A stretch of 32,000 nucleotides of DNA from assembly GCF_000829315.1 (NCBI RefSeq), contig NZ_AP013028.1, positions 1,218,061 through 1,250,060 on the forward strand, in the 5' to 3' direction. Shown piece by piece: positions 1-8,443 of the stretch (the first letter of the stretch is position 1; every line of letters starts with the position of its first letter). Made by a program: the position numbers and the translations under genes. The stretch is from Wolbachia endosymbiont of Cimex lectularius. Its GTDB lineage: Bacteria > Pseudomonadota > Alphaproteobacteria > Rickettsiales > Anaplasmataceae. The notes under the pieces are model-generated. The model made no database searches. It was not told the origin of the DNA and saw only the letters and a program-made list of their open reading frames with translations.

Positions 1-1210
1 GATATTGAATACCTGCCACATTAGAGAAAAAGCAGCAGAAAAGCTTTATTCAGAGCTTGGGAAGATCCATTCGTCACGAAAAAATAAGGAAATTACTATA
101 GTGGTAGCCGGATGTGTAGCACAAGCAGAAGGCGAGGAAGTGTTCAGAAGAGCTCCATTTGTGGACATCGTTGTTGGTCCACAGAGTATCGCTACTCTGC
201 CGGAGCTGATAGTTAAAGCAAACAGAAGTAAAGGTCATGTGATAAATACCGATTTTCCTGAGGTTGCAAAGTTTGATAAATTACCAGATGAGTGTTACGG
301 CAATAGCCAAGGGTCTTCTGCGTTTCTCTCCATACAAGAGGGTTGTGATAAGTTTTGTACATTTTGTGTAGTGCCCTACACCCGCGGGGCTGAATATTCA
401 CGGCCAGTAAATGAAATATTCCGTGAAGCGCTGAAATTAGTTGCAAATGGAGCAAAGGAAATCAATTTGCTTGGTCAAAACGTCAATGCTTACCACGGGG
501 AATGCGAAGGAAAAATATGGGATTTAGGAAAATTAATTGGTCATATCGCTAAAATTGAAAAGCTAGAAAGAATCCGCTATACGACCTCTCATCCGCGAGA
601 TATGCATGGATCTCTCTACTTGGCGCATGCGGAAGAGCCGAAACTCATGCCATTTATTCACCTACCTGTGCAGTCAGGTTCGAATGAAATATTACGCGTG
701 ATGAACAGAAAACACACTGCGGAGGAGTATTTGGAGATAGTAGATAGATTGCGCAAATTGAAACCTGAAATCGAATTTTCTGCTGATTTTATCGTTGGTT
801 TTCCTGGCGAAACCGAAAAAGACTTTGAGGAAACTATGAAGCTAGTGGAAAAAGTAAAGTACGCTCAGGCTTATAGTTTTAAATATAGCCCAAGGCCGGG
901 GACGCCAGGGGCAGAAAGGAAGGATCAAGTACCAGAAGAAGTTAAAACAGAGCGCCTTCTTCGTTTACAGAAGCTAATTAGTGCACAACAACTCGAATTT
1001 AATCAGAGTGTGGTAGGCAAGATTATTCCTGTTCTGTTTGGCGATAAAAAAGGCAAACATCAAAACCAAATTATTGGTAAAAGCCTATATATGCAATCAG
1101 TTTGCATTGATGATCCTGAGGATAAATATAGAGACAAGATAGTAAATGTGAAGATATTGGAAGCTCGGCAGAATAGTTTGCTAGGGACAGGAATGCTTTT
1201 GAATTTGTGA
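1..1210 (+). CDS. miaB: tRNA methylthiotransferase MiaB (5' end lies upstream of window)
   Basis: The frame is open to the window edge (continues from nt 2). It has the radical-SAM CxxxCxxC motif [15 protein letters not shown], the MTTase motif NTCHIREKA, and a C-terminal TRAM-like region. Confidence 0.9.
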   Translation, partial: ILNTCHIREKAAEKLYSELGKIHSSRKNKEITIVVAGCVAQAEGEEVFRRAPFVDIVVGPQSIATLPELIVKANRSKGHVINTDFPEVAKFDKLPDECYGNSQGSSAFLSIQEGCDKFCTFCVVPYTRGAEYSRPVNEIFREALKLVANGAKEINLLGQNVNAYHGECEGKIWDLGKLIGHIAKIEKLERIRYTTSHPRDMHGSLYLAHAEEPKLMPFIHLPVQSGSNEILRVMNRKHTAEEYLEIVDRLRKLKPEIEFSADFIVGFPGETEKDFEETMKLVEKVKYAQAYSFKYSPRPGTPGAERKDQVPEEVKTERLLRLQKLISAQQLEFNQSVVGKIIPVLFGDKKGKHQNQIIGKSLYMQSVCIDDPEDKYRDKIVNVKILEARQNSLLGTGMLLNL

Positions 1211-1252
1211 TTTTCTAGAAAGTCATATATTCTCTAAATTTATCAAGTTAGA

Positions 1253-4200
1253 ATGAATATGAAGTCAAAGCATTATCCTGATACAACGAGTAGTTCTGAT
1301 TTTTCGTCGTTAGAAAAGGAAATCATAAAATTTTGGCAGGAAAGCAAAATTTTTGAGCGGTCAGTTGAGGAACGTTCCAAGGACAATTGTTTTGTCTTTT
1401 ACGATGGACCTCCATTTGCAAATGGACTGCCACATTATGGGCATTTACTCACTGGTTTCATCAAAGACGCATTTGCAAGATATCAAACCATACTACAAAA
1501 AAGAGTTGAACGTAGATTTGGTTGGGATTGCCATGGACTGCCGGCTGAGATGGGTGCGGAAAAGGAACTTGGAATATCCGGCAGAACTGAGATAGAAAAA
1601 TTCGGTATTGAAAAGTTCAATAACCATTGTCGTACTTCTGTGATGAAATTTTCATCAGAATGGGAAAAGTATGTAAATAGGCAGGCAAGGTGGGTAGATT
1701 TTCATAATGACTACAAAACCATGGATAAGTCATTCATGGAGTCAGTTATGTGGGCATTTAAGCAGCTTTATAATAAGGGTCTAGTGTATGAATCGGTGCG
1801 CGTTGTTCCCTATAGCTGGGCATGTGAAACTCCATTGTCCAATTTTGAAACAAGGCTTGATAATGCATATAAAGAAAAGACTAGCAAAGCTGTAACTGTT
1901 GCATTTGAGCTTTTAGAAAACCCGCAGCAGTTTAAACAAAAATGTAAGTTACTCGCTTGGACTACAACTCCTTGGACGTTGCCAAGCAACTTGGCACTGG
2001 CAATAGGGAAAGACATTGAGTATTGTGCAGTGTCAGTTCACTCCTTGGTGTCATTCCAGTGCGTGACGCTGGAATCTAGAGAGAAAGAAACCTGGATCCC
2101 AGTGTCAAGCACTGGGATGACAGAGAAGAGCGCTAAAATAACATCAGACCAACCTAATGAAATCTACATCTTCGCTGAAAGCTACCTGGAGAAGTTTATC
2201 AGCCACCTCGAACAAAACAATATTCCATATGAAAAATGCAATATAAAACTCAAAGCAGATGATCTTGTAGGTCTTTCTTATAAGCCACTGTTTGATTACT
2301 TTAAAGATACAAAAAATGCTTTCCGCGTTTTCATAGCAGATTATGTCACAGCAGAAGATGGTACTGGAGTTGTGCACACTGCTCCTGGATTTGGTGAAGA
2401 AGATTTTTATCTTTGCCAAAGCCATAATATTCCAGCCATTTGTCCAATTGATAACGGTGGAAAGTTTACTGCTGAAGTTTCAGATTTAGCTGGAGTTCAT
2501 GTTTTTGATACTAACGATACAGTAATAAAGAAGCTGAAAGAACAAGGAAATTGGTTCAAAACTGAGCAATATATTCACAATTATCCACACTGCTGGAGAA
2601 CTGATACTCCTTTAATCTATCGCACTATGCCTTCTTGGTATGTTACTGTGACAAAATTCAAAAGCAGAATGGTAGAGCTAAATAAGAAAGTTAATTGGAT
2701 TCCAAGTCATATAAGAGATGGTCAGTTTGGAAAATGGCTCGAAGGAGCACATGATTGGTCAATTTCACGTAATCGATTCTGGGGTACACCGATTCCCGTA
2801 TGGAAGTCAGACGATGCAAGATATCCAAGGGTAGATGTGTATGGTTCGATAGCGGAACTAGAGCGAGATTTTAATGTTAAAGTGGATGATTTGCACAGAC
2901 CATTTATTGACACTTTAACAAGGCCAAATCCTGATGACCCAACAGGAAAATCAGTTATGCGTCGTGTGCCTGACGTATTTGACTGCTGGTTTGAATCTGG
3001 CTCAATGCCATTTGCACAAGTCCACTATCCGTTTGAAAATAAAGAATGGTTTGAGAGTAATTTCCCGGCGGATTTTATCACCGAATATATAGCGCAAACT
3101 AGGGGATGGTTCTATACGCTTTTTGTGCTTTCGACTGCTTTATTTGACAGTGAACCATTTAAGAACTGCATATGCCACGGTGTTGTTCTCGATGTGAAAG
3201 GGCAGAAATTATCCAAGCGTTTGAATAATTATGCGGACCCAATGGAAGTGTTTGATAAATACGGTTCTGATGCACTACGTTTTCTTATGCTTTCTGGATC
3301 TATTGTTTGTGGTGGTAATTTGCTACTTGATAAAGAAGGAAACTCAATACGAGATGTTCTGAGAAACGTAATAAAGCCTATTTGGAACAGTTATCACTTT
3401 TTTACCATGTATGCAAATGCAGATGGAATTAAAGCTGAAGTTTGTAAGGATTACCAAAGCACTATTGATCGTTACATGATCTCCAAATGTTTTGAAGCTG
3501 TAGAAGGTATCCAAGCTTCTATGAACAACTACAATTCCCAAGAGGCTTGCAAAATTCTGATAGATTTTTTTGAAGTGTTAAATAATTGGTATATTCGTCG
3601 CAGTCGTGAGCGTTTTTGGAAAAGTGATTTAGATCAGGATAAGACTGACGCTTATAATGTTCTATATAAGGTTTTTTATTACATACTTCGGGCTGCAGCT
3701 CCTTTATTGCCGCTTACAACGGAAACTATATGGCAGGGGCTCAAATATCAAGAAACATCTGTTCATTTGGCTGATTTTCCACAATTAGAAAAGTTTAATA
3801 GCGAGCTCATTGCTAAGATGGATTTAGTGAGAGAGATATGCAACTCTGCACTCTCTATTAGAAACACCTTTAATATACGTATCAGACAGCCACTTGGCAG
3901 TATGATCATTTATCACAAGTCTTCCTGTAGTTTTCTTGAAGGTGAACCGCTTTCTGTTATCCCAGAGTTCTCTCCTATCATCCCAGGGTTCCCCCCTGTC
4001 ATCCCAGTGCGTGACACTGGGATCCAGTGTGCTGCAGACTCAAATGAATACCAAGAGATGATAAAAGATGAGGTGAATGTAAAAAGCTTGGAATTAGTAA
4101 ATAGACTTGAAGGTATTGCATCACTAGAGTTAAAACTAAATTTCCCACTACTTGGAAAGAAGGTTCCAGACAAAATCAAGAAACTAGTTCAATATGTCAA

Positions 4201-4636
4201 GGAGGAAAAATGGAGACAAGTTGGAAATGAGCGGATATTTCTAGGAGATGAATCAGAGAACTATATTATAGAAAAAGGTGAGTATGAACTATTATTAAAA
4301 GCAAACAGTAAATATTCCTCTGCGTTTGATAATAACAAAGGAGTTGTTATCCTAAACACTGAACTAAATGATGAATTAATTCTAGAAGGGCTCGCGAGAG
4401 ATGTCGTGAGGCTCATCCAGGAAACTAGAAAACAAGCTGATTTTCATATATCCGATAGAATCAGAGTAGTAATCAAAACAGAGGATGAGAAAATTAAAGA
4501 AACGGTGAATATGTGGAGTGAGTATATAAAAGAACAGACTCTTGCCTTATCTTTAGAAATTAATGTAGAAATTGAAACCAGCTTCTATTCCAAGGAATAC
4601 CAAGATTTGATTGTTGGTATTAAGTTAGATTGTTAG
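1253..4636 (+). CDS. ileS: isoleucyl-tRNA synthetase (long, type-2-like form)
   Basis: 1127-aa ORF with an ATG start. It has class I aaRS signatures PHYGHLL (HIGH) and KLSKR (KMSKS), plus WTTTPWTLPSN and WFESGSMP. It carries two in-frame palindromic-repeat insertions. Confidence 0.95.
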   Translation: MNMKSKHYPDTTSSSDFSSLEKEIIKFWQESKIFERSVEERSKDNCFVFYDGPPFANGLPHYGHLLTGFIKDAFARYQTILQKRVERRFGWDCHGLPAEMGAEKELGISGRTEIEKFGIEKFNNHCRTSVMKFSSEWEKYVNRQARWVDFHNDYKTMDKSFMESVMWAFKQLYNKGLVYESVRVVPYSWACETPLSNFETRLDNAYKEKTSKAVTVAFELLENPQQFKQKCKLLAWTTTPWTLPSNLALAIGKDIEYCAVSVHSLVSFQCVTLESREKETWIPVSSTGMTEKSAKITSDQPNEIYIFAESYLEKFISHLEQNNIPYEKCNIKLKADDLVGLSYKPLFDYFKDTKNAFRVFIADYVTAEDGTGVVHTAPGFGEEDFYLCQSHNIPAICPIDNGGKFTAEVSDLAGVHVFDTNDTVIKKLKEQGNWFKTEQYIHNYPHCWRTDTPLIYRTMPSWYVTVTKFKSRMVELNKKVNWIPSHIRDGQFGKWLEGAHDWSISRNRFWGTPIPVWKSDDARYPRVDVYGSIAELERDFNVKVDDLHRPFIDTLTRPNPDDPTGKSVMRRVPDVFDCWFESGSMPFAQVHYPFENKEWFESNFPADFITEYIAQTRGWFYTLFVLSTALFDSEPFKNCICHGVVLDVKGQKLSKRLNNYADPMEVFDKYGSDALRFLMLSGSIVCGGNLLLDKEGNSIRDVLRNVIKPIWNSYHFFTMYANADGIKAEVCKDYQSTIDRYMISKCFEAVEGIQASMNNYNSQEACKILIDFFEVLNNWYIRRSRERFWKSDLDQDKTDAYNVLYKVFYYILRAAAPLLPLTTETIWQGLKYQETSVHLADFPQLEKFNSELIAKMDLVREICNSALSIRNTFNIRIRQPLGSMIIYHKSSCSFLEGEPLSVIPEFSPIIPGFPPVIPVRDTGIQCAADSNEYQEMIKDEVNVKSLELVNRLEGIASLELKLNFPLLGKKVPDKIKKLVQYVKEEKWRQVGNERIFLGDESENYIIEKGEYELLLKANSKYSSAFDNNKGVVILNTELNDELILEGLARDVVRLIQETRKQADFHISDRIRVVIKTEDEKIKETVNMWSEYIKEQTLALSLEINVEIETSFYSKEYQDLIVGIKLDC
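2049..2122. repeat. palindromic repeat element (RPE/WPE-like), in frame within ileS, site 1
   Basis: Two inverted hairpin units: tgtcattccagtgcgtgacgctggaatctag and cctggatcccagtgtcaagcactgggatgaca. They are translated as SFQCVTLESREKETWIPVSSTGMT. Confidence 0.85.
3956..4027. repeat. palindromic repeat element plus two 21-nt half-units, in frame within ileS, site 2
   Basis: gttatcccagagttctctcct / atcatcccagggttcccccct / gtcatcccagtgcgtgacactgggatccag. They are translated as VIPEFSP-IIPGFPP-VIPVRDTGIQ. Confidence 0.8.
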
Positions 4637-4694
4637 TAGTTGCAAATTGTTAGTATTTATGCTATATTTTAGGTAATTGGGGTAAGGTTATGGT

Positions 4695-5078
4695 ATGAAT
4701 GCTGTTGTAGATCCTGGTGGAGTTATTGGCTTAACTAATGGTGGTTTAGGTAAAAAAGAACCTGTTGCTGTTTCCAGTTCGGTGAAAGAGGGGAAATTTT
4801 TTGGTGGTATGACTTCTGGTTTTAACGTTCCACTGAGTATATCTCGTTATAAAGGTTATGACTCTGACTTTTTTACTTCCTGGTATAATATACTAAGAGA
4901 AATATTTGAAGAGATAAAGGGAATGTGCCCGGAAAAACGGGTGTTAAATTTAGCTCTGTCAGTTTTAATGCTTCCTTATATTGCTTCTGTTTCATTGGGA
5001 TTAGTAGTATATAACAGATCTAAAGCAGACGGTAAAATACAAACCAGTCCGGAGGGAAATGAAACAAAAAAAAAGTGA
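4695..5078 (+). CDS. hypothetical protein with one C-terminal hydrophobic segment
   Basis: 127-aa ORF with an ATG start and a putative TM segment (VLNLALSVLMLPYIASVSLGLVVY). I recognise no family, and the RBS is weak. Confidence 0.4.
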   Translation: MNAVVDPGGVIGLTNGGLGKKEPVAVSSSVKEGKFFGGMTSGFNVPLSISRYKGYDSDFFTSWYNILREIFEEIKGMCPEKRVLNLALSVLMLPYIASVSLGLVVYNRSKADGKIQTSPEGNETKKK

Positions 5079-5083
5079 GGTAA

Positions 5084-5296
5084 GTGAAAGTACAGCAAAA
5101 AGATTGGCATATAGTGTTCTTGCTAGCAATAGCGATTCTTGTTAATATAGTTGTGCTTGTCACCTTAATTATTCCTGCAACACTAGCTTTGGCTACTTTT
5201 TATCTTTCGAATAAGAAGTTATCTCATTCTTTGATTGCTACTGTTAAAATAGGTAGTGGGTTGTATAAGAACCTGTTTAAAATCTTGGAAATGTGA
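5084..5296 (+). pseudogene. 5' fragment of a membrane protein gene truncated by IS insertion
   Basis: GTG-start ORF with a TM segment (IVFLLAIAILVNIVVLVTLIIPATLALATF). Its last 10 codons and stop codon are supplied by the IS left end, which begins at 5266-5268. Confidence 0.45.
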
Positions 5297-6128
5297 GGTA
5301 AAGTAAGCATAGATTAATAATGAGGTGTCTATGCAGAAAAGTTATCCAAGTAATATAAGTCAAGAGCAGTTTGAAAAAATCAGGCCAATTTTGGAGAGTA
5401 GCAAGCAGAAAACAAAACCAAGAAAACTTGATTTGTATGACGTATTTTGTGGGGTGTTGTACGTCTTAAAAAGTGGTTGTCAGTGGAGGATGTTACCAAA
5501 GGGTTTTCCAAGATGGGAAAGCGTATATTACTATTTTCGAGTGTGGAGTAAAAAGAGTGGAGAAGAGCCAAGCTTGTTGGAATTAGTCTTAAAAAAAATT
5601 AGTTGGAGAGGTCCGTATCAGCAATGGTCGGAAAGAGAAAACTAGCTTTTGTATAATTGATTCTCAAAGCGTTAAAAACGCAGATACTGCTGAAAAAAAA
5701 GGCTATGATGCAGGTAAAAAGATTTCAGGGATAAAGCGCCATATTGCAGTTGATACACAAGGTTTGCCACATGCAATTTATGTAACAACGGCAGAAGCAA
5801 CTGACCGTAGCAGTGCTGTGAAAATGGTCGAAAATGCTAAAGCAAACCTCTCTGAAGTTAAAAACATACTGGTTGATGCTGGCTACACAGGAGAAAATTT
5901 TGCAACACAAATAAAAGCTATCATTGGTGCGACTGTTGAAGTAATAAAGCGAAGTGAGTTACACACTTTCGTTGTATTGCCAAAAAGATGGGTTGTTGAA
6001 CGCTCTTTTGCCTGGTTAGAAAAGTGCAGGCGATTGTGGAAAAATTGCGAGCGGAAGCTCAACACTAGCTTACAGATGATAGTCCTCTCCTTCATTTCTC
6101 TCTGTTACGAAGATTTTAAACAGGTTCT
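5266..6128 (+). mobile_element. IS5-family insertion sequence (ISWpi-like, ~860 bp)
   Basis: 19-bp terminal inverted repeats: agaacctgtttaaaatctt at 5268-5286 and its reverse complement at 6110-6128. Internally it encodes a DUF4096-like N-terminal part and a DDE transposase. Confidence 0.85.
5325..5645 (+). CDS. IS5-family transposase, N-terminal part (frame 0)
   Basis: Contains LDLYDVFCGVLYVLKSGCQWRMLPKGFPRWESVYYYFRVW, typical of the IS4/IS5 N-terminal DNA-binding domain. The frame diverges from the DDE frame at the A8 run at 5591-5598. Confidence 0.8.
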   Translation: MSMQKSYPSNISQEQFEKIRPILESSKQKTKPRKLDLYDVFCGVLYVLKSGCQWRMLPKGFPRWESVYYYFRVWSKKSGEEPSLLELVLKKISWRGPYQQWSEREN

Positions 6129-6216
6129 AAGACGTACAACACCCCACAAAATACGTCATACAAATCAAGTTTTCTTGGTTTTGTTTTCTGCTTGCTACTC
6201 TCCAAAATTGGCCTGA
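5593..6216 (+). CDS. IS5-family transposase, DDE catalytic part (+1 frame relative to N-terminal part)
   Basis: The frame is open from 5593. DDE context is IIDSQSV ... LVDAGYTG ... VVERSFAWLEKCRRL. The ORF reads out through the right IR into the adjacent inverted IS fragment before it stops. Confidence 0.8.
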   Translation, partial: KKLVGEVRISNGRKEKTSFCIIDSQSVKNADTAEKKGYDAGKKISGIKRHIAVDTQGLPHAIYVTTAEATDRSSAVKMVENAKANLSEVKNILVDAGYTGENFATQIKAIIGATVEVIKRSELHTFVVLPKRWVVERSFAWLEKCRRLWKNCERKLNTSLQMIVLSFISLCYEDFKQVLRRTTPHKIRHTNQVFLVLFSACYSPKLA

Positions 6217-6330
6217 TTTTTTCAAACTGCTCTTGACTTATATTACTTGGATAACTTTTCTGCATAGACACCTCATTATTAATCTATGCTTACTTTACCT
6301 CACATTTTCAAGATTTTAAACAGGTTCTTA
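6128..6330 (-). repeat. inverted partial copy (~202 bp) of the IS left end
   Basis: The reverse complement of 5266-5468 matches 6128-6330 with a single mismatch by eye (cttggaaatg vs cttgaaaatg). It abuts the right IR of the full IS directly. Confidence 0.85.
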
Positions 6331-6439
6331 GAGATTTGTGCGAAGATAAAAATGATAAACTATTTGTTACACAAGATGCAGGGCACAATACCATACTAAA
6401 ACTATCAGCTAATATCCATTTAAAAATGGTATTGTACCT

Positions 6440-6667
6440 TTGCGTGATGAGATCAGGGGTATGCTTACAACTTCGATTCAAGGATTCACAGAAGCTATGG
6501 GAGAACTGTTGAAGTTAGACAAAAAAGATATTACATATGACAAACTGAAGGAATTGTTGAACGAGTTCAGACTGAAAGCGGTGGACAGTGTAGATTCTAA
6601 ATTGACAAGTCACTTAATACAAGATGCTTACAGAGTTGCCTTTATACAAGCAATCAAAATTGCATAG
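6440..6667 (+). pseudogene. fragment of a disrupted coiled-coil protein gene (ends at an in-frame TAG)
   Basis: It is in the same frame as ORF 6752-8440, and the TAG at 6665-6667 is the only stop between them. There is no ATG start, and the frame is open from 6413. Confidence 0.5.
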
Positions 6668-6751
6668 CAAAGAAGAAAAGAAGGTTTTTCATTAGAAGAA
6701 AGACTGAAAGAAGTATTAGTAGAACAAGAATTAAAAAGCCAAGGTAAGAAA

Positions 6752-8440
6752 TTGCCAACTGAAAAAGAGATTATAATAGAAGATTCAAAAAAAGCAGGAG
6801 AAGAAGTACCAGATACCTTAAAGGATAGTAATCTTCCTATGCTTAAAGTACAATGGAAACAGCTTATAACAGAAGGCAAAATAGCTAAAAGGACAGTAAT
6901 TAATGTTTGTAAGGATGTGTATCCTACAGAAACAAAGAAAGCTCTAAATAATGCTGAACAGGAGATTGAACGTTTAAGAAAAGTAAGTCGAGAGATGTGT
7001 AAAAAATTAGAAGAAGCACATAATAGAGGAAACGATAACTTAAGAGATGGCGCTTTAAAAGGGAAATTAGAAGATCTTTTTAAATTTGAAGGTAGTGATC
7101 AAGAGGTTGAGAGAAGGCTAATAAGATCGGTAATAAAAAGAGCTAAAAGTGAATTGAGACAATTGAGTATACTTGATAAAGAAGAGCCGGGCTTAGTGAG
7201 ACGATTAACACAATCTATGTGGGGTACATCAAGTCAGGATAAGGAGGAGCAGAGTCTAATGAAACGGCTTGAAGATTTAGAAAAAGAGGTAGAGGTTCTT
7301 TCGAGTGAGGAAGCTTCAAATAAAGTGAATGATTTTGTAGAAAGAATGTATTTAGAAATAAAACAGCATAAAGTGCAAGGGTTGCTTCAAGAACAAAAAG
7401 AGGGTGTCTTATATTCATGCAAGGTATTGAAAAGGTATGAATCGGATCTAGCAGAAACTGTAGAGACTTTTCGCAAGCAAGATCTGAGATATTTAGAGGA
7501 ATCTACATTTGAACAAACACTGAAAGATCAGAATGAGCGTTTAAAAGCTAAACTAAATGACAGGCAAAAGGGGCACCCGAGCATAGAGTCGATAAGAGAG
7601 CTCTTAAAAAATAACCAACAAATCCTAGAAACATTAGAACAATTGGAGTTGAAAAAAGAGGGATTATTGATAAATGAAAAAACAGAATATGATTACAAAG
7701 AAGAACTAACGTCTCGTGAAAAGATAAAATTTGCAATCATAGAAGATAAGCTGTTAGAAATAATAAAGTCTTCTAGTAAAGACAAACTGTTAAAGATAAT
7801 AGAAAAAGCTTTTTATAAGAGTGAACTGTTGGAAATAAAAGAGACTTCTAAAGATAAGCCGTTGGAAATAATAAGACAGGTAGCAATCAAGAGGTTATTA
7901 GAAAAAGCAGAACTTGAATATTGCTTAGCAGAGAAATGTATCAAATATCCCGTGATTGAAACGAAAAATAATATCAAACACTTTTGTCAGGCTTTATTGT
8001 CTCCTTTGATAGGCAATTTGGTAGAGAAGATAATAAATCATATACCAAAGGATAATAAGAGTAGTGCGTGGAATCTGACAAATTTATATAAACGTGCTTG
8101 TATCGCTGTTAATTATAATACACTTGGATTGTCAGCTATTGGAGGCGAAAATAGTACAGAAGGAAAGGCGTTAAAAGTGGCACACGACACTTATGAAGAA
8201 GTAAAGGAATTTCTTCAATATTTCGAGTCAAGTTATGAGGAAGTGGGTGGCTTGATAGGTAATGTGTTTTCCGATGACGGCGAAACATTTAAAAAGGATA
8301 TATGGCCTAAAATAAAAGACCATTTGTGTGAAATGTGGGATAGATTTTTTAAGGATATTGAATTTACATTGATTAGCAAAGATGAATCAAAAAATGTTAG
8401 CAAGGAACTAGATGAGGTAAGCATAATGCAGCCACAGTAG
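6752..8440 (+). CDS. hypothetical Lys/Glu-rich coiled-coil protein (probably the 3' bulk of a disrupted larger gene)
   Basis: 562-aa ORF that begins only at a TTG. It has heptad-like K/E/L-rich sequence and short internal repeats (DKLLEII / DKLLKII / SELLEIK / DKPLEII). I recognise no family. Confidence 0.55.
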   Translation: MPTEKEIIIEDSKKAGEEVPDTLKDSNLPMLKVQWKQLITEGKIAKRTVINVCKDVYPTETKKALNNAEQEIERLRKVSREMCKKLEEAHNRGNDNLRDGALKGKLEDLFKFEGSDQEVERRLIRSVIKRAKSELRQLSILDKEEPGLVRRLTQSMWGTSSQDKEEQSLMKRLEDLEKEVEVLSSEEASNKVNDFVERMYLEIKQHKVQGLLQEQKEGVLYSCKVLKRYESDLAETVETFRKQDLRYLEESTFEQTLKDQNERLKAKLNDRQKGHPSIESIRELLKNNQQILETLEQLELKKEGLLINEKTEYDYKEELTSREKIKFAIIEDKLLEIIKSSSKDKLLKIIEKAFYKSELLEIKETSKDKPLEIIRQVAIKRLLEKAELEYCLAEKCIKYPVIETKNNIKHFCQALLSPLIGNLVEKIINHIPKDNKSSAWNLTNLYKRACIAVNYNTLGLSAIGGENSTEGKALKVAHDTYEEVKEFLQYFESSYEEVGGLIGNVFSDDGETFKKDIWPKIKDHLCEMWDRFFKDIEFTLISKDESKNVSKELDEVSIMQPQ

Positions 8441-8443
8441 GTT

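Noticed and set aside
213-4179. Short antisense or alternate-frame ORFs inside miaB and ileS (213-455, 1353-1595, 1810-2016, 2144-2425, 2722-2913, 3344-3541, 3913-4179)
   Set aside because: They are fully embedded in strongly supported genes, and they have no start context or family resemblance. 3913-4179 is open only because it crosses the palindromic insert.
5066-5074. A9 tract at the end of ORF 4695-5078 as a possible slippage switch fusing it to ORF 5084-5296
   Set aside because: The 5084 frame is closed by TAA at 5081-5083. The other frame ends after ~20 codons, so no fusion is possible.
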